A DNA stretch of 64,000 nucleotides, taken from contig OY282371.1 in the NCBI GenBank assembly GCA_958295715.1, forward strand, positions 584,133 through 648,132, read 5' to 3'. Below, in pieces: positions 27,779 through 36,935 of the stretch. Every line of letters begins with the position of its first letter. Positions within the stretch are counted from its first letter, which is position 1. The DNA comes from an uncultured Dehalococcoidia bacterium (GTDB lineage: Bacteria > Chloroflexota > Dehalococcoidia > Lucifugimonadales > GCA-2712585). Made by a program: the position numbers and the translations under genes. The notes below the pieces were generated by a model, which saw nothing but the letters and a program-made list of their open reading frames with translations, had not been told where the DNA came from and did not search any database.

Positions 27779-28429
27779 CTAGAGGGTGCGGAGCACGGCC
27801 ACCACCTTGCCCCGGGTTTCCACGTTGGCGGCGTCGGTGTAGATGGGCTTCATCCGGCTGTTGGCGGGTTGCAGCCGGACCTTAGACCCCTCCCGGTAGA
27901 CGCGTTTCAGGGTGGCCTCCTGCTCCAGCTTCAGCCAGGCCACGGTCATGTCTCCGTTGGACACGTCGTGGCTCGGGTCCACCAGCACCAGGTCGCCATC
28001 GTCTATGAAGGCGTCTATCATGGAGGTCCCCTTCACGCGGAGGGCGTAGAGGTCCTTCTTGGAGTCGGTCAGGTTGCGCGGCAACTCTATGGTGTCGATA
28101 GGCTCCTGGGTCCAGCCGTCGTTGGAGGGGCCGGGCAGGGGTTCGCCGGCGGCGATGTAGCCCAACACCGGCACTTGGGGCAGGAACCCGCCGGCCTTGC
28201 CGTTCTTGTCCAAAAGCTCAATGCCGCGGGCCACGTCGGGGCGGCGGCGAATGAGGCCGTCGCGTTGCAGCAGCCGCAGGTTGTAGTCCACCACCGAGGT
28301 GGAGCTTATGCCGCAGGCGTACTGAATATCCCTCACCGTGGGCGGCAGGCCGTTTTCGGCCATGAACTCGCGGATGAACTCCAGCATCCCCTTTTGTCTG
28401 TCGGATAAGCGGTTCTTTCTAGTTCTCAT
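27779..28429 (-). CDS. lexA: LexA repressor
   Basis: ATG 28429 (the ORF is open to 28495). N-terminal wHTH LSDRQKGMLEFIREFMAENGLPPTVRDIQ, cleavage/peptidase region VLGYIAAGEP, LRVKGTSMIDA and ATLKRV. Confidence 0.9.
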   Translation of the reverse strand: MRTRKNRLSDRQKGMLEFIREFMAENGLPPTVRDIQYACGISSTSVVDYNLRLLQRDGLIRRRPDVARGIELLDKNGKAGGFLPQVPVLGYIAAGEPLPGPSNDGWTQEPIDTIELPRNLTDSKKDLYALRVKGTSMIDAFIDDGDLVLVDPSHDVSNGDMTVAWLKLEQEATLKRVYREGSKVRLQPANSRMKPIYTDAANVETRGKVVAVLRTL

Positions 28430-28466
28430 GTCCTGTTCACCACCATAGCGCCTATGTTCTTGGCGC

Positions 28467-28495
28467 AGGTTATCACTGCTGGGATTCCTTGTCAA
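28467..28495 (-). promoter_or_regulatory. putative lexA promoter
   Basis: On the minus strand, TTGACA (28495-28490), a 17-nt spacer, then TAACCT (28472-28467). Confidence 0.45.
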
Positions 28496-28542
28496 GCTAT
28501 GCCGGAGGGGGTTGGAAACGCCCCCTTGTTGGCGACGCGGCC

Positions 28543-28803
28543 CTACCGTATGGATAATAGGGTGTTGAGCCGCTTCATCAGTCGGGACTTGCGACGGGAG
28601 GCGTTGTTCCGGTGGATGACGCCGCGCTTGGCGGCCTTGTCTAGGTATCGGATGGCCTGCCTCACGGCGGACTCGCTTTTGGGAACGTCCTCCCTGCCTA
28701 TGGCCTTGACGGCCGTGGACACGTAGGTCCTTGAGGCCGACCTAACGCTCTGGTTTCGGGCCTGCTTCCTCAGGGAAGAGCGCATGGACTTTTCCGACGG
28801 CAC
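28543..28803 (-). CDS. rpsT: 30S ribosomal protein S20
   Basis: 86 aa. GTG start 5 nt after AGGAGG. Basic helical sequence ..SSLRKQARNQSVRSASRTYV..IHRNNASRRKSRL. Confidence 0.9.
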   Translation of the reverse strand: MPSEKSMRSSLRKQARNQSVRSASRTYVSTAVKAIGREDVPKSESAVRQAIRYLDKAAKRGVIHRNNASRRKSRLMKRLNTLLSIR

Positions 28804-28874
28804 TGGCGCCTCCTAACGGCTGCTCCTGTCTTTAACCAGTGGATTATACCCGTTTCGCCCGCGCAATGAAAGGG

Positions 28875-31073
28875 CTATCTGCGGGCAGAGGCGTAGGTGT
28901 CTCCCATAATCCTGCCGGCGCTCACCACCCCCCGCACGCCGTCGAGCTTGGCGAAGATGCGCCCCAACTGGTCTAGGCCGGTGGTGTGGAGGGTTAGGGA
29001 GATGATGACGGCCCCGGTGGGGTTCTCTTTGGTTGTCACCTCGGCGATGTTCACCTTCTCCTCCGACACCCGCGCGGTGATGTCCCGCAGGAGGCCCACC
29101 CGGTCGCGGGCCTGGATTTCTAGGCGCACCGGGTACAGCTTCTTTTCCTTGCCCCACTCCACCTCTATCAGCCTCTCCCGCTCGTCTTCGCTGCGGACGC
29201 TGTGGCAGCTGGTCTTGTGGACGGTGACGCCCCTCGAGCGGGTTACGAAGCCGATTATCCGGTCGCCGGGCAACGGGTTGCAGCACTGGCCTATACGGGT
29301 CAGCAGGTCGCCCACGCCCAGGACCTTTATCCCTGAGCCGGGGCTTGATAGGGGGATGGAGCGGGACTTGTGCTCCTGCTCCTTCTGCTCGTCGGCGGTC
29401 AGGCGGTTGATGACCTGGTTGATGGTGGTCCCGCCGGAGGCCAGGGATATGAGGAATTCCTCAACATTGTCCATCCTGAAGGCCGATGCGATGGCCTGCT
29501 CGTCTATCTTCAGGTTGAGGCGCCGGGCCTCTTTCTTGAGGAGCTCCCTGCCCATCTGAATGTTGGCGCTGCGACGCTGGCGCCGGAACCAGTGCCGCAC
29601 GCTGCCCCGGGCGCTGGCCGTGCGGATGTAGCCCAGGTTGGGGTTCAGCCAGTCAAGGCTGGGGCCGCGGGCCACCTTGGTGGTCAGGACCTCCACCGTG
29701 TCGCCGTTTTGAAGCTGGTAGTCCAGGGGCATGAGGCGACCGTTCACCTTGCCGCCGATGCACCGGTGGCCCAACTCCGTGTGGATGCGGTAGGCGAAGT
29801 CTATGGGCGTGGCCCCCGCGGGCAGTTCTATGATGTCGCCCTGGGGGGTGTACACGAATACCTGGTCTTGGAAGATGTCGGTCTTGACGGATTCGAGGAA
29901 CTCCTCCGTCGCGGTGACGTCCCGCTGCCACTCCAGCAGTTGCCGCATCCAGGTCATCTTGTGCTCGAACTGGGGGTCGCTTACCCGGCCTTCCTTATAG
30001 CGCCAGTGGGCGGCGACGCCGTACTCGGCCAGCTGGTGCATGTCGTAGGTCCGTATCTGCACCTCCAAGGGGGTGGCCCCCTTGCACATAACGGTGGTGT
30101 GCAGCCCTTGGTAGAGGTTCTCTTTGGGATTGGCCACGTAGTCGTCGAACTGGCCCGGTATGGGACGCCACAGGTTGTGGGCCACGCCCAAGGCGTTGTA
30201 GCAGTCGGCCTTGGTCTTCACCAGGACGCGGAGGGCGTAGAGGTCGTAGATGTCGCTCATCTCCTTGCCCTGCTCGGCGTACTTCCTGCTTTTCTGGTAG
30301 ATGCTGTAGATGTGCTTGGGCCTGCCCACCACCTGGGCGTTCAGCTTGATGCTCTTTAGCTCGGCGGCCAGGATCTTGGACTGTTCCTCTATGTACTCCT
30401 CCCGCGCCTCCCGCCGGATGGACAGCATGTCGGATATGCGGTGGTAGCTTTCGGGTTCCAGGCACTGGAAGGCCCTGTCTTCCAGCCGCCACTTTATCCC
30501 CCAAATGCCGAGGCGGTGGGCCAGGGGCGCGTAGATGTCCATGGTCTCTTGGGCCAAGGCCTTTTGCCGCGCCGGAGGCAGGGCCTCCAGGGTGTCCATG
30601 TTGTGGAGCCGGTCGGCCAGCTTGATGAGCACCACCCGGACGTCTTCCGCCATGGCCACGAGCATTTTGCGGAGGGTCTCCGCCTTCAGACGGTCTTCGG
30701 TGGGAAGGCCCCGGGAGTCGCTGTGGTCTCCCCCCTCCATGCGGGTTAGCTTGGTGACGCCGTCCACCAGCTTCGACACGTCGGCGCCGAATTCGCGGGT
30801 TATCTGCTCGCAGGTGACTTCGCAGTCCTCAACCACGTCGTGGAGGAGGGCGGCGGATAGGGTGGTGGCGTCTAGGTGCAGGTCGGCCAGGAATAGGGCA
30901 ATGTTCAGCGGGTGCTCAATGTAGGGGCCGCCGGAGTTGCGGAACTGGCCGCTGTGGCACCGGGCGGCGTACTTGTAGGCCGCCTCCACCTGCCTGTTCT
31001 TATCCTTAGGCAGGTACTCCTTCGTGCGGCTTAGCAGGTCTTTTAGGTCGGGCGTTGTTGCTAGGTTGAGCAT
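28875..31073 (-). CDS. rel: bifunctional (p)ppGpp synthetase/hydrolase (RelA/SpoT family)
   Basis: 732 aa. HD domain (HSGQFRNSGGPYIEHPL, LLHDVVEDC), synthetase domain (YRSIHT-like region ..GLHTTV..EVQIRT), and TGS and ACT-like C-terminus. Confidence 0.93.
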   Translation of the reverse strand: MLNLATTPDLKDLLSRTKEYLPKDKNRQVEAAYKYAARCHSGQFRNSGGPYIEHPLNIALFLADLHLDATTLSAALLHDVVEDCEVTCEQITREFGADVSKLVDGVTKLTRMEGGDHSDSRGLPTEDRLKAETLRKMLVAMAEDVRVVLIKLADRLHNMDTLEALPPARQKALAQETMDIYAPLAHRLGIWGIKWRLEDRAFQCLEPESYHRISDMLSIRREAREEYIEEQSKILAAELKSIKLNAQVVGRPKHIYSIYQKSRKYAEQGKEMSDIYDLYALRVLVKTKADCYNALGVAHNLWRPIPGQFDDYVANPKENLYQGLHTTVMCKGATPLEVQIRTYDMHQLAEYGVAAHWRYKEGRVSDPQFEHKMTWMRQLLEWQRDVTATEEFLESVKTDIFQDQVFVYTPQGDIIELPAGATPIDFAYRIHTELGHRCIGGKVNGRLMPLDYQLQNGDTVEVLTTKVARGPSLDWLNPNLGYIRTASARGSVRHWFRRQRRSANIQMGRELLKKEARRLNLKIDEQAIASAFRMDNVEEFLISLASGGTTINQVINRLTADEQKEQEHKSRSIPLSSPGSGIKVLGVGDLLTRIGQCCNPLPGDRIIGFVTRSRGVTVHKTSCHSVRSEDERERLIEVEWGKEKKLYPVRLEIQARDRVGLLRDITARVSEEKVNIAEVTTKENPTGAVIISLTLHTTGLDQLGRIFAKLDGVRGVVSAGRIMGDTYASARR

Positions 31074-31187
31074 CAGATATCTATAATAGCCAATAGCCTG
31101 ACTGTTGTCATTAGTCGAGACGGGGCCTTGGAGGGTTCATGGCCTCGATTCCCCCATCCACACGGTTGAGGAGAGAGGCGTGAAACG

Positions 31188-32447
31188 GTGTTGAGGGCGC
31201 CCCGTGGCGCTAGGGACATTCGTCCCGATGAGCAGAAGTACTGGCGGCACGTCGAGGGGAAGGCGGCGGACCTGGCCCGGCGCCACGGGTTCCGCCGGCT
31301 GGACACTCCGGTTTTTGAGGACTCGAGCCTGTTCGCCCGGTCGGTGGGCGCAGGCACCGACATCCTTGACAAGGAGACCTACTCCTTTCTCGACCGGGGC
31401 GGCGATTCCCTCACCCTGCGGCCCGAGGGGACGGCCCCGGTGTGCCGCGCCTATATGGAGGGCGGCATGGGCAGCCTCCCCCAGCCGGTGCGCCTCTACT
31501 ACTTCTGCCCCGTGTTCCGGTACGACCGCCCCCAGGCCGGGCGCTACCGCCAGCACCACCAGTTCGGGGTGGAGGTGCTGGGCGACGGCAGCCCTCTTGT
31601 GGACGCTGAGGTCGTCCGCATGGCGTGGGCCCTGATGGCCGATTTGGGGCTGAAGGACGTGTCCCTCCTGGTGAACAGCATCGGCGACTCCCAGTGCAGG
31701 CCGGGCTACGTTAGGGAGCTGCGGGCCTACTATTCGGAACGCGCGGGCCGCCTCTGCGCCGACTGCAAGCAGCGCCTGGACAACAACCCGCTGCGCCTCT
31801 TGGACTGCAAGAAGGAGTCCTGCCGGCCCATGCAGGAAGACGCCCCGGCGTCTTCGGAGCATCTCTGCGCCGACTGCCGGGAGCATTGGGACTACCTGCG
31901 GCGCTACCTGGACGTTATGGAGATTCCCTACGCGGTCAATCATCGTCTGGTGAGAGGCCTTGACTACTATACCCACACGGTATTTGAAATCCTGCCGCCG
32001 GAGGAGGGCGCTCAGACCACCCTGTTGGGGGGAGGCCGCTACGATGGCCTGATGGAGCAGTTGGGGGGGCGTCCGACGCCGGGGGTGGGCTTCGCGACGG
32101 GGATGGAGCGGCTCATCCTCAACGTCCAGCGTCAGGGCGTGGCCGTTGCAGAGGAGGAGGCCCCCCGCTACTTTATCGCGGCCTTGGGTGACGAGGGCGT
32201 GGAGTTGGCCTTGGAGATAGCCGACGGGGTCAGGGCCACGGGCGCCGGGGTGACGATGGGTTCCCGCGGCCGGAGTCTGCGCGGCCAGATGCGTAACGCC
32301 GGCTCCCTTGGCATTCCCCAGGTGATAATCATAGGCAGGGACGAGGCGGCCGCCGGCTCCGTTACCCTGCGGGACATGACCACGGGCCGCCAGAGTACGG
32401 TCCCCAAGGGGGAGTTTCTTGGAGGGTTGCAGCCGCCCTCCGGCTGA
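31188..32447 (+). CDS. hisS: histidine--tRNA ligase
   Basis: 419 aa with PRGARDIRP, class-II motif 2 FCPVFRYDRPQAGRYRQHHQFGVE, and GGGRYDGL. Confidence 0.93.
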   Translation: MLRAPRGARDIRPDEQKYWRHVEGKAADLARRHGFRRLDTPVFEDSSLFARSVGAGTDILDKETYSFLDRGGDSLTLRPEGTAPVCRAYMEGGMGSLPQPVRLYYFCPVFRYDRPQAGRYRQHHQFGVEVLGDGSPLVDAEVVRMAWALMADLGLKDVSLLVNSIGDSQCRPGYVRELRAYYSERAGRLCADCKQRLDNNPLRLLDCKKESCRPMQEDAPASSEHLCADCREHWDYLRRYLDVMEIPYAVNHRLVRGLDYYTHTVFEILPPEEGAQTTLLGGGRYDGLMEQLGGRPTPGVGFATGMERLILNVQRQGVAVAEEEAPRYFIAALGDEGVELALEIADGVRATGAGVTMGSRGRSLRGQMRNAGSLGIPQVIIIGRDEAAAGSVTLRDMTTGRQSTVPKGEFLGGLQPPSG

Positions 32448-32462
32448 CGGCGGCCGTTTTTC
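32432..32462 (+). terminator. possible intrinsic terminator overlapping the hisS stop
   Basis: GCCGCC-11 nt-GGCGGC followed by CGTTTTTCG. Confidence 0.4.
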
Positions 32463-32619
32463 GACGCGGGCGGCCCTCGTCTGCCTTGTGGCTCAGCCCC
32501 TATGGGGTTATGATGGTGGCGTATCGCCTGCCCAATTCCGGACTGGCGCGGCGCCGCCCCCAGGATAGACGCCAGCCCAGGGTTGCCAAGCCCAACTTTC
32601 AGCGCTGAGGGAACGCCCC

Positions 32620-34119
32620 TTGAGTCTTCTCTCCAACTACCGGGAGGTGCTGGACACCCCGGCAAGGCGTCAAACGCTGCTGGCCCTCAGCTCCACGTTC
32701 CTGCTGGTGCAGGTCGCCAGCTTCCCGGTGGCCCTGTCGCTGCCCAGCATAGCCAACGACTTCCTCATCGACGTTGAGACGGCGGCGTGGATACTGGTGG
32801 CCGAACTGCTGACCCTCGGCGCCACGGTGTTTCTGGCGGCCAAGCTGGGCGACCGGTATGGGCACAACCGCGTCTTCTTCCTTGGAATCGTGATAACGAC
32901 CCTGGGCGCGGTGGCCGCGGGATTCTCCATGACCTTCACCCAGCTGCTCATCTTCCGCGGGATTCAGGGCATTGGGGCGGCCCTCGTCACGGGCAACGCC
33001 AACGTGATACTGGCGGCCACCTTTGCCCCGGCCGAGCGCGGCAGGGCCTTCGCGGTGCCCATCACCGCCGCCCGCGCCGGGACCTTCATCGGCCTGATAA
33101 CCTTCGCCATCTTCCTACAGTTCATCGGCTGGCGGGCGATATTCTTCTCCTTCATCCCCCTTGGCATCATCGCCATCTGGTCGGGGCTGCCTATGCTCCG
33201 TCAAAAGGAGGAGCGGACTGCCGACGCGGACCTGCCGGTGGACTTCGGCGGCGCCTTCCTATTTATAGGAGCCATAGCCGCCCTCATCCTCTCCGGGCTG
33301 CATCTCCATTCGGGCGAGGAGTCCTTCACCAGCAGCGACGCCATATCCTACCACCTGCCCATGCACGCGATGTTCATCATCCTGCTGGTGGCCTTCATTC
33401 TGGTTGAGCGCAGGATGAAGCACCCCTTCGTGGACCTCAAGCAGTTCAAGAACCGGCACTTCTCGTTGGCCCTCTTCTCCAACACCACCTTCCACCTCTC
33501 CATGCTGGCCATAATGACCCTGGTGCCGATTCTGGTGGAGGAGGGGTTTGGCTACGGGCCCATCTACGTCATCTACGTCCTGCTGCCCCATCAGAGCATG
33601 GGGCTCGTTATCCCCGTGGTGGCCGGGTGGTACTACGACAAGTATCAATCCAGGCTTTTGAGGCCCATATCAATGTCGTTGATAGCCTTGGGCATCTTTT
33701 TGTTGGGAATGTTCTCGATGCAGGTGCCCTTCTGGTTGATACCCCTGCTGCTCTTTCCCGCCTCAATAGGAACATCCATATTCAACACCATAAACAACGC
33801 CGTCATTATGAACTCCGTCGCGCCGACCCACCGGGGATTCGCCTCCGGGATGATTGAGACGACGCGGCAGGTGGGGCATACGCTGGGGGCCACGGCGGCG
33901 GCCTCGGCCCTCGGCTTGGCCCTGCCGGCGGGCATTGCCCTGCTGAGCGAGGGGGAGGCGCAGGACTACTACTTCCGGGGTCTTCAGGCCGCGGCCCTCG
34001 TGGTGGTGTGGATAATCCTTGCCGGGGCCGTGGTCGCCTTCAACCACCAGACCTACAAGACGCCGGGCCGGGAGAAGGCCCCGGCTCCACAGGCCTCCGG
34101 CTCCGGCGACGCCGCGTGA
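32620..34119 (+). CDS. MFS transporter (DHA2/EmrB-like, ~14 TM)
   Basis: 499 aa, hydrophobic throughout. MFS signature-like LGDRYGHNRVF. TTG start. Confidence 0.85.
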   Translation: MSLLSNYREVLDTPARRQTLLALSSTFLLVQVASFPVALSLPSIANDFLIDVETAAWILVAELLTLGATVFLAAKLGDRYGHNRVFFLGIVITTLGAVAAGFSMTFTQLLIFRGIQGIGAALVTGNANVILAATFAPAERGRAFAVPITAARAGTFIGLITFAIFLQFIGWRAIFFSFIPLGIIAIWSGLPMLRQKEERTADADLPVDFGGAFLFIGAIAALILSGLHLHSGEESFTSSDAISYHLPMHAMFIILLVAFILVERRMKHPFVDLKQFKNRHFSLALFSNTTFHLSMLAIMTLVPILVEEGFGYGPIYVIYVLLPHQSMGLVIPVVAGWYYDKYQSRLLRPISMSLIALGIFLLGMFSMQVPFWLIPLLLFPASIGTSIFNTINNAVIMNSVAPTHRGFASGMIETTRQVGHTLGATAAASALGLALPAGIALLSEGEAQDYYFRGLQAAALVVVWIILAGAVVAFNHQTYKTPGREKAPAPQASGSGDAA

Positions 34120-34198
34120 GGCGCCGCGCTTCCAAAATTGTTACCTCAGTACGTTTCCTATAGAATATCTTCAGCTTTGGGCCGAGACAGGAGGCGAT

Positions 34199-35158
34199 AT
34201 GAAAGCGGGACAGTTGACGGGGCCGCGCCGCATGGAGTTGGTGGACGTTCCCGACCCCACCCTGGAGGACGGCCAGGCCCTGGTGCGTTTGGAGAAGGTG
34301 TCTATCTGCGGCAGCGACATCAGACCCTTCGCCGCCGTCCTTGATGAGGAGAAGTACCCGCTGCGCCCCGGCCGTCCCACCCACGAGTGCGCGGGGGTGG
34401 TGGTGGAGAGCCGGTGCGATGAGTTCAACCCCGGTCAGAGGGTGATAGCATTTCCCTACGCCCAGGGCGGGTTCCGTGAGTACCTGGCAGTTCCCCCCTC
34501 AGGCCTGGTGGCCCTCCCCGACGACGGCTCTCTCGACACCTGGATAATGTGCCAGCCCATGGGAACGGTCCTGTACTCAGTGAGTCGCATCGGCAACGTG
34601 ATTGATAAGAACGTGGTGGTGCTGGGTCAGGGGGCCATCGGCCTCAGCTTCACCACCTTTCTCAGCGGGATGAGTTGCCGGTCGCTGATAGCCGTTGACC
34701 TGGAGGAGTACCGCCTGGACATTGCCCGCAGGCTGGGGGCCACTCACACCATCAACGCTTCCAAGGAAGACGCCTTGGCCGCCGTCCGCGACCTGACCGG
34801 CGGCGAGGGGCCGGAGGTTGTGGTGGAGGCGGCGGGGGAGCACGAGACGGTGCGCCAGTCGGTGACGATGGCCGGGAAGTACGGCACGGTGATATGGTTT
34901 GGCATGACCCACAACGAGTTTTTCGCCATCGACTTCCAGCAGGTGAGGGACAAGGACCTGACTATGATAGGCACCTCCAGCGCGCGGTCGGGAACCATGC
35001 CGCGCTACGTCACCCAGACGGTGCGCATGGTGGCTGAAGGGCGGCTGGACCCCTCCGGACTGGTGACCCACCGCATGAAGGCCGATGAGCTTCAACGGGC
35101 CTTCACCATGTACGAGGAGCGTTCGGACAGGGTTGTGAAGGTGGTTATGGACCTGTAG
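34199..35158 (+). CDS. zinc-dependent alcohol dehydrogenase family oxidoreductase (threonine/sorbitol dehydrogenase-like)
   Basis: ATG 34199 follows AGGAGG; the longer ORF from 34019 overlaps the MFS gene. Motifs VSICGSDIRPF, HECAGVV and VVLGQGAIG. Confidence 0.8.
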   Translation: MKAGQLTGPRRMELVDVPDPTLEDGQALVRLEKVSICGSDIRPFAAVLDEEKYPLRPGRPTHECAGVVVESRCDEFNPGQRVIAFPYAQGGFREYLAVPPSGLVALPDDGSLDTWIMCQPMGTVLYSVSRIGNVIDKNVVVLGQGAIGLSFTTFLSGMSCRSLIAVDLEEYRLDIARRLGATHTINASKEDALAAVRDLTGGEGPEVVVEAAGEHETVRQSVTMAGKYGTVIWFGMTHNEFFAIDFQQVRDKDLTMIGTSSARSGTMPRYVTQTVRMVAEGRLDPSGLVTHRMKADELQRAFTMYEERSDRVVKVVMDL

Positions 35159-35203
35159 GCCGCGCCGGGGCCTCGCCAAGGAGGGACGGCGCGGGGAGTT
35201 GGC

Positions 35204-36808
35204 CTAGGCTCCGTCGGCGTAGGGCATGGCGGCCTCCATCATCATGCCCTGCTCGCCCAGGGAGCGGTGGACCCGCTGGGCCGGCTGGTACGCCGACGGG
35301 CGGGGCGGCATTTCAAACCCACGGCCTTCCAACAGATCTGCGATTGAGCGAATCTGTATCTTGGGGTAGTCGCGGTTCCACAGGACCGAATGAAACAGGC
35401 CGCCGCCGCTCGCCTCTCTCCGCATCTCCCGCGTTGGCTCCTCCAAGGTTATGAACAGCCCCAAGGCCGCCTTCTCCCGCTCCACCACGCCCCGCAGGTC
35501 GCGGACGTGGGGGGAGGAGACCCTTCCGCCCTTGACCTGGACCACCACCTTCTGAGGGCTGCGCCGCGGCCCGTCAATGAAGTAGAGCAGCCCGTCAATG
35601 CCCCGGTCGGCGCCGCGTTTCCGCCTCTCCCGAGGTTGTGCTTCCAGCAGGGAGATAGCCCAGAACTGGAACTGGTAGGGGTCCATCTCCCACAGGGCGC
35701 GGGCGCTGCCCACGTCCAGCGGCTCGCCGACCACCTGGTAATGGAGGCGCGGCTCCAGGCTGAAAGCGGTCTTCAGGCGGTTCTTAATCAGGGCCACCGC
35801 CAGGTGTGTGACGTCAATGCCGATCCACCGGCGGCCCAGCTTCTCGGCGGCGGCCACGGCGGAGCCGCAGCCACAGAAGGGGTCCAGCACCACGTCGCCC
35901 TCCTTGGATGACGCCTGAATGATGCGCTCCAGCAGGGCTTGGGGCTTCTGGGTGGGGTAGCCCAGCCGCTCTTTGGCCTGTGAGTTGATGGGCGGCAGGT
36001 CAGTCCATACGTCTTGAAGACGCATACCCGGCATTTCGTCAAGATAACGCACGTACTCCGCAATACCGTTGCGCGTGTAGTGTATTCGCCCCTCCCTCTG
36101 CCATCGTTCCATCGTACGGCGGGGCGCGCGCCATACACGCGTAACGCCGTTCCATTCGTACTCATACCCGCCGCCGCTCAGTCCCGTTGCCGTCAGGTTG
36201 TCGGTTCGATAGAGACGGCCTTTTTCGGTCTTGTGACGGTAATGGGACTTGATGTAGTCCTGGTCGTAGGGTTGATACTGTATATTCCAGGAGAATTTTG
36301 ACCTGTCTTGGGCGTAGAGCAGGATGATGTCATGGGTGCGTCCGAGGGCCTTCGAGTCGCTGTGAGCCGACGTGCGTTTCCAGACAATCTCATTCTTGAA
36401 GTTCTTGACTCCAAACACCGAGTCCATGAGCAGCTTCAGGTAGTGGCTGGCCGTCGGGTCGCAGTGCAGGTAGATGGAGCCGGTGGGCTTGAGGACCCGG
36501 CGCAGCTCCACCAGCCGGGGGGCCATCATCACCAAGTAGGCCATCATGGCGTTCCGGCCGACGAACTGCCTGAAGGCCGCGACCATCTCCTTGACCTCCA
36601 CGGGGGTACGCGGACTGGCGATGATGTCCAGTTCGTAGGCGCGTTCCGTCTCCTGAGTCCACTCCCAGGTGTCGGTGAAGGCCTTTATCTGCGCCGGCGA
36701 CTCCTCGCCCGACCTCTCCCTGAACAGCACGTTGTAGTTGGCGTTGGAGTTGAAGGGCGGGTCCAGGTAAATCAGGTCCACCGACTCGTCGGCCACATGC
36801 TCCCGCAT
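35204..36808 (-). CDS. site-specific DNA methyltransferase (N4/N6, beta class) fused to a C-terminal Mrr/PD-(D/E)xK-like nuclease domain
   Basis: 534 aa from the first canonical ATG. Motif IV DPPF (aa 16-19) precedes motif [25 protein letters not shown]. The C-terminus reads ..[38 protein letters not shown]. Conserved residues ..[10 protein letters not shown] lie upstream of the ATG (see findings). Confidence 0.85.
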   Translation of the reverse strand: MREHVADESVDLIYLDPPFNSNANYNVLFRERSGEESPAQIKAFTDTWEWTQETERAYELDIIASPRTPVEVKEMVAAFRQFVGRNAMMAYLVMMAPRLVELRRVLKPTGSIYLHCDPTASHYLKLLMDSVFGVKNFKNEIVWKRTSAHSDSKALGRTHDIILLYAQDRSKFSWNIQYQPYDQDYIKSHYRHKTEKGRLYRTDNLTATGLSGGGYEYEWNGVTRVWRAPRRTMERWQREGRIHYTRNGIAEYVRYLDEMPGMRLQDVWTDLPPINSQAKERLGYPTQKPQALLERIIQASSKEGDVVLDPFCGCGSAVAAAEKLGRRWIGIDVTHLAVALIKNRLKTAFSLEPRLHYQVVGEPLDVGSARALWEMDPYQFQFWAISLLEAQPRERRKRGADRGIDGLLYFIDGPRRSPQKVVVQVKGGRVSSPHVRDLRGVVEREKAALGLFITLEEPTREMRREASGGGLFHSVLWNRDYPKIQIRSIADLLEGRGFEMPPRPSAYQPAQRVHRSLGEQGMMMEAAMPYADGA

Positions 36809-36871
36809 GACCGCCAGGTTGTCGCCGTAGTAGAGGGCGTTGGCGTGGGGACTGGGTTGAGTTTGTGTGGA

Positions 36872-36935
36872 AATTGGCCGGTTCCTTTACATCCGCGCGG
36901 GGGCGGTCATGCCCATGAGGCCGAGGGTCCGGGCC
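36872..36935. repeat. 64-bp direct repeat, left copy (pseudo 3' end of argS)
   Basis: Identical to 39136-39199 except for 2 positions. Encodes ..LGLMGMTAPARM-TAA in the argS frame. Confidence 0.95.

Noticed and set aside
28430-28470. Search for a LexA operator upstream of lexA, either a GAAC-N4-GTTC Cheo-type box or a CTGT-N8-ACAG box.
   Set aside because: Only two direct TGTTC copies 21 nt apart and a weak CATAG-GCG-CTATG palindrome were found, with no canonical SOS box. There is not enough evidence to call an operator without a lineage-specific motif model.
34019-34198. Upstream extension of the alcohol dehydrogenase ORF overlapping the MFS gene by 100 nt.
   Set aside because: ATG 34199 has an AGGAGG RBS, and the homologous N-terminus (MKAGQLTGPRRMELVDVP) begins there. 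The extension is Pro/Arg-rich shadow sequence.
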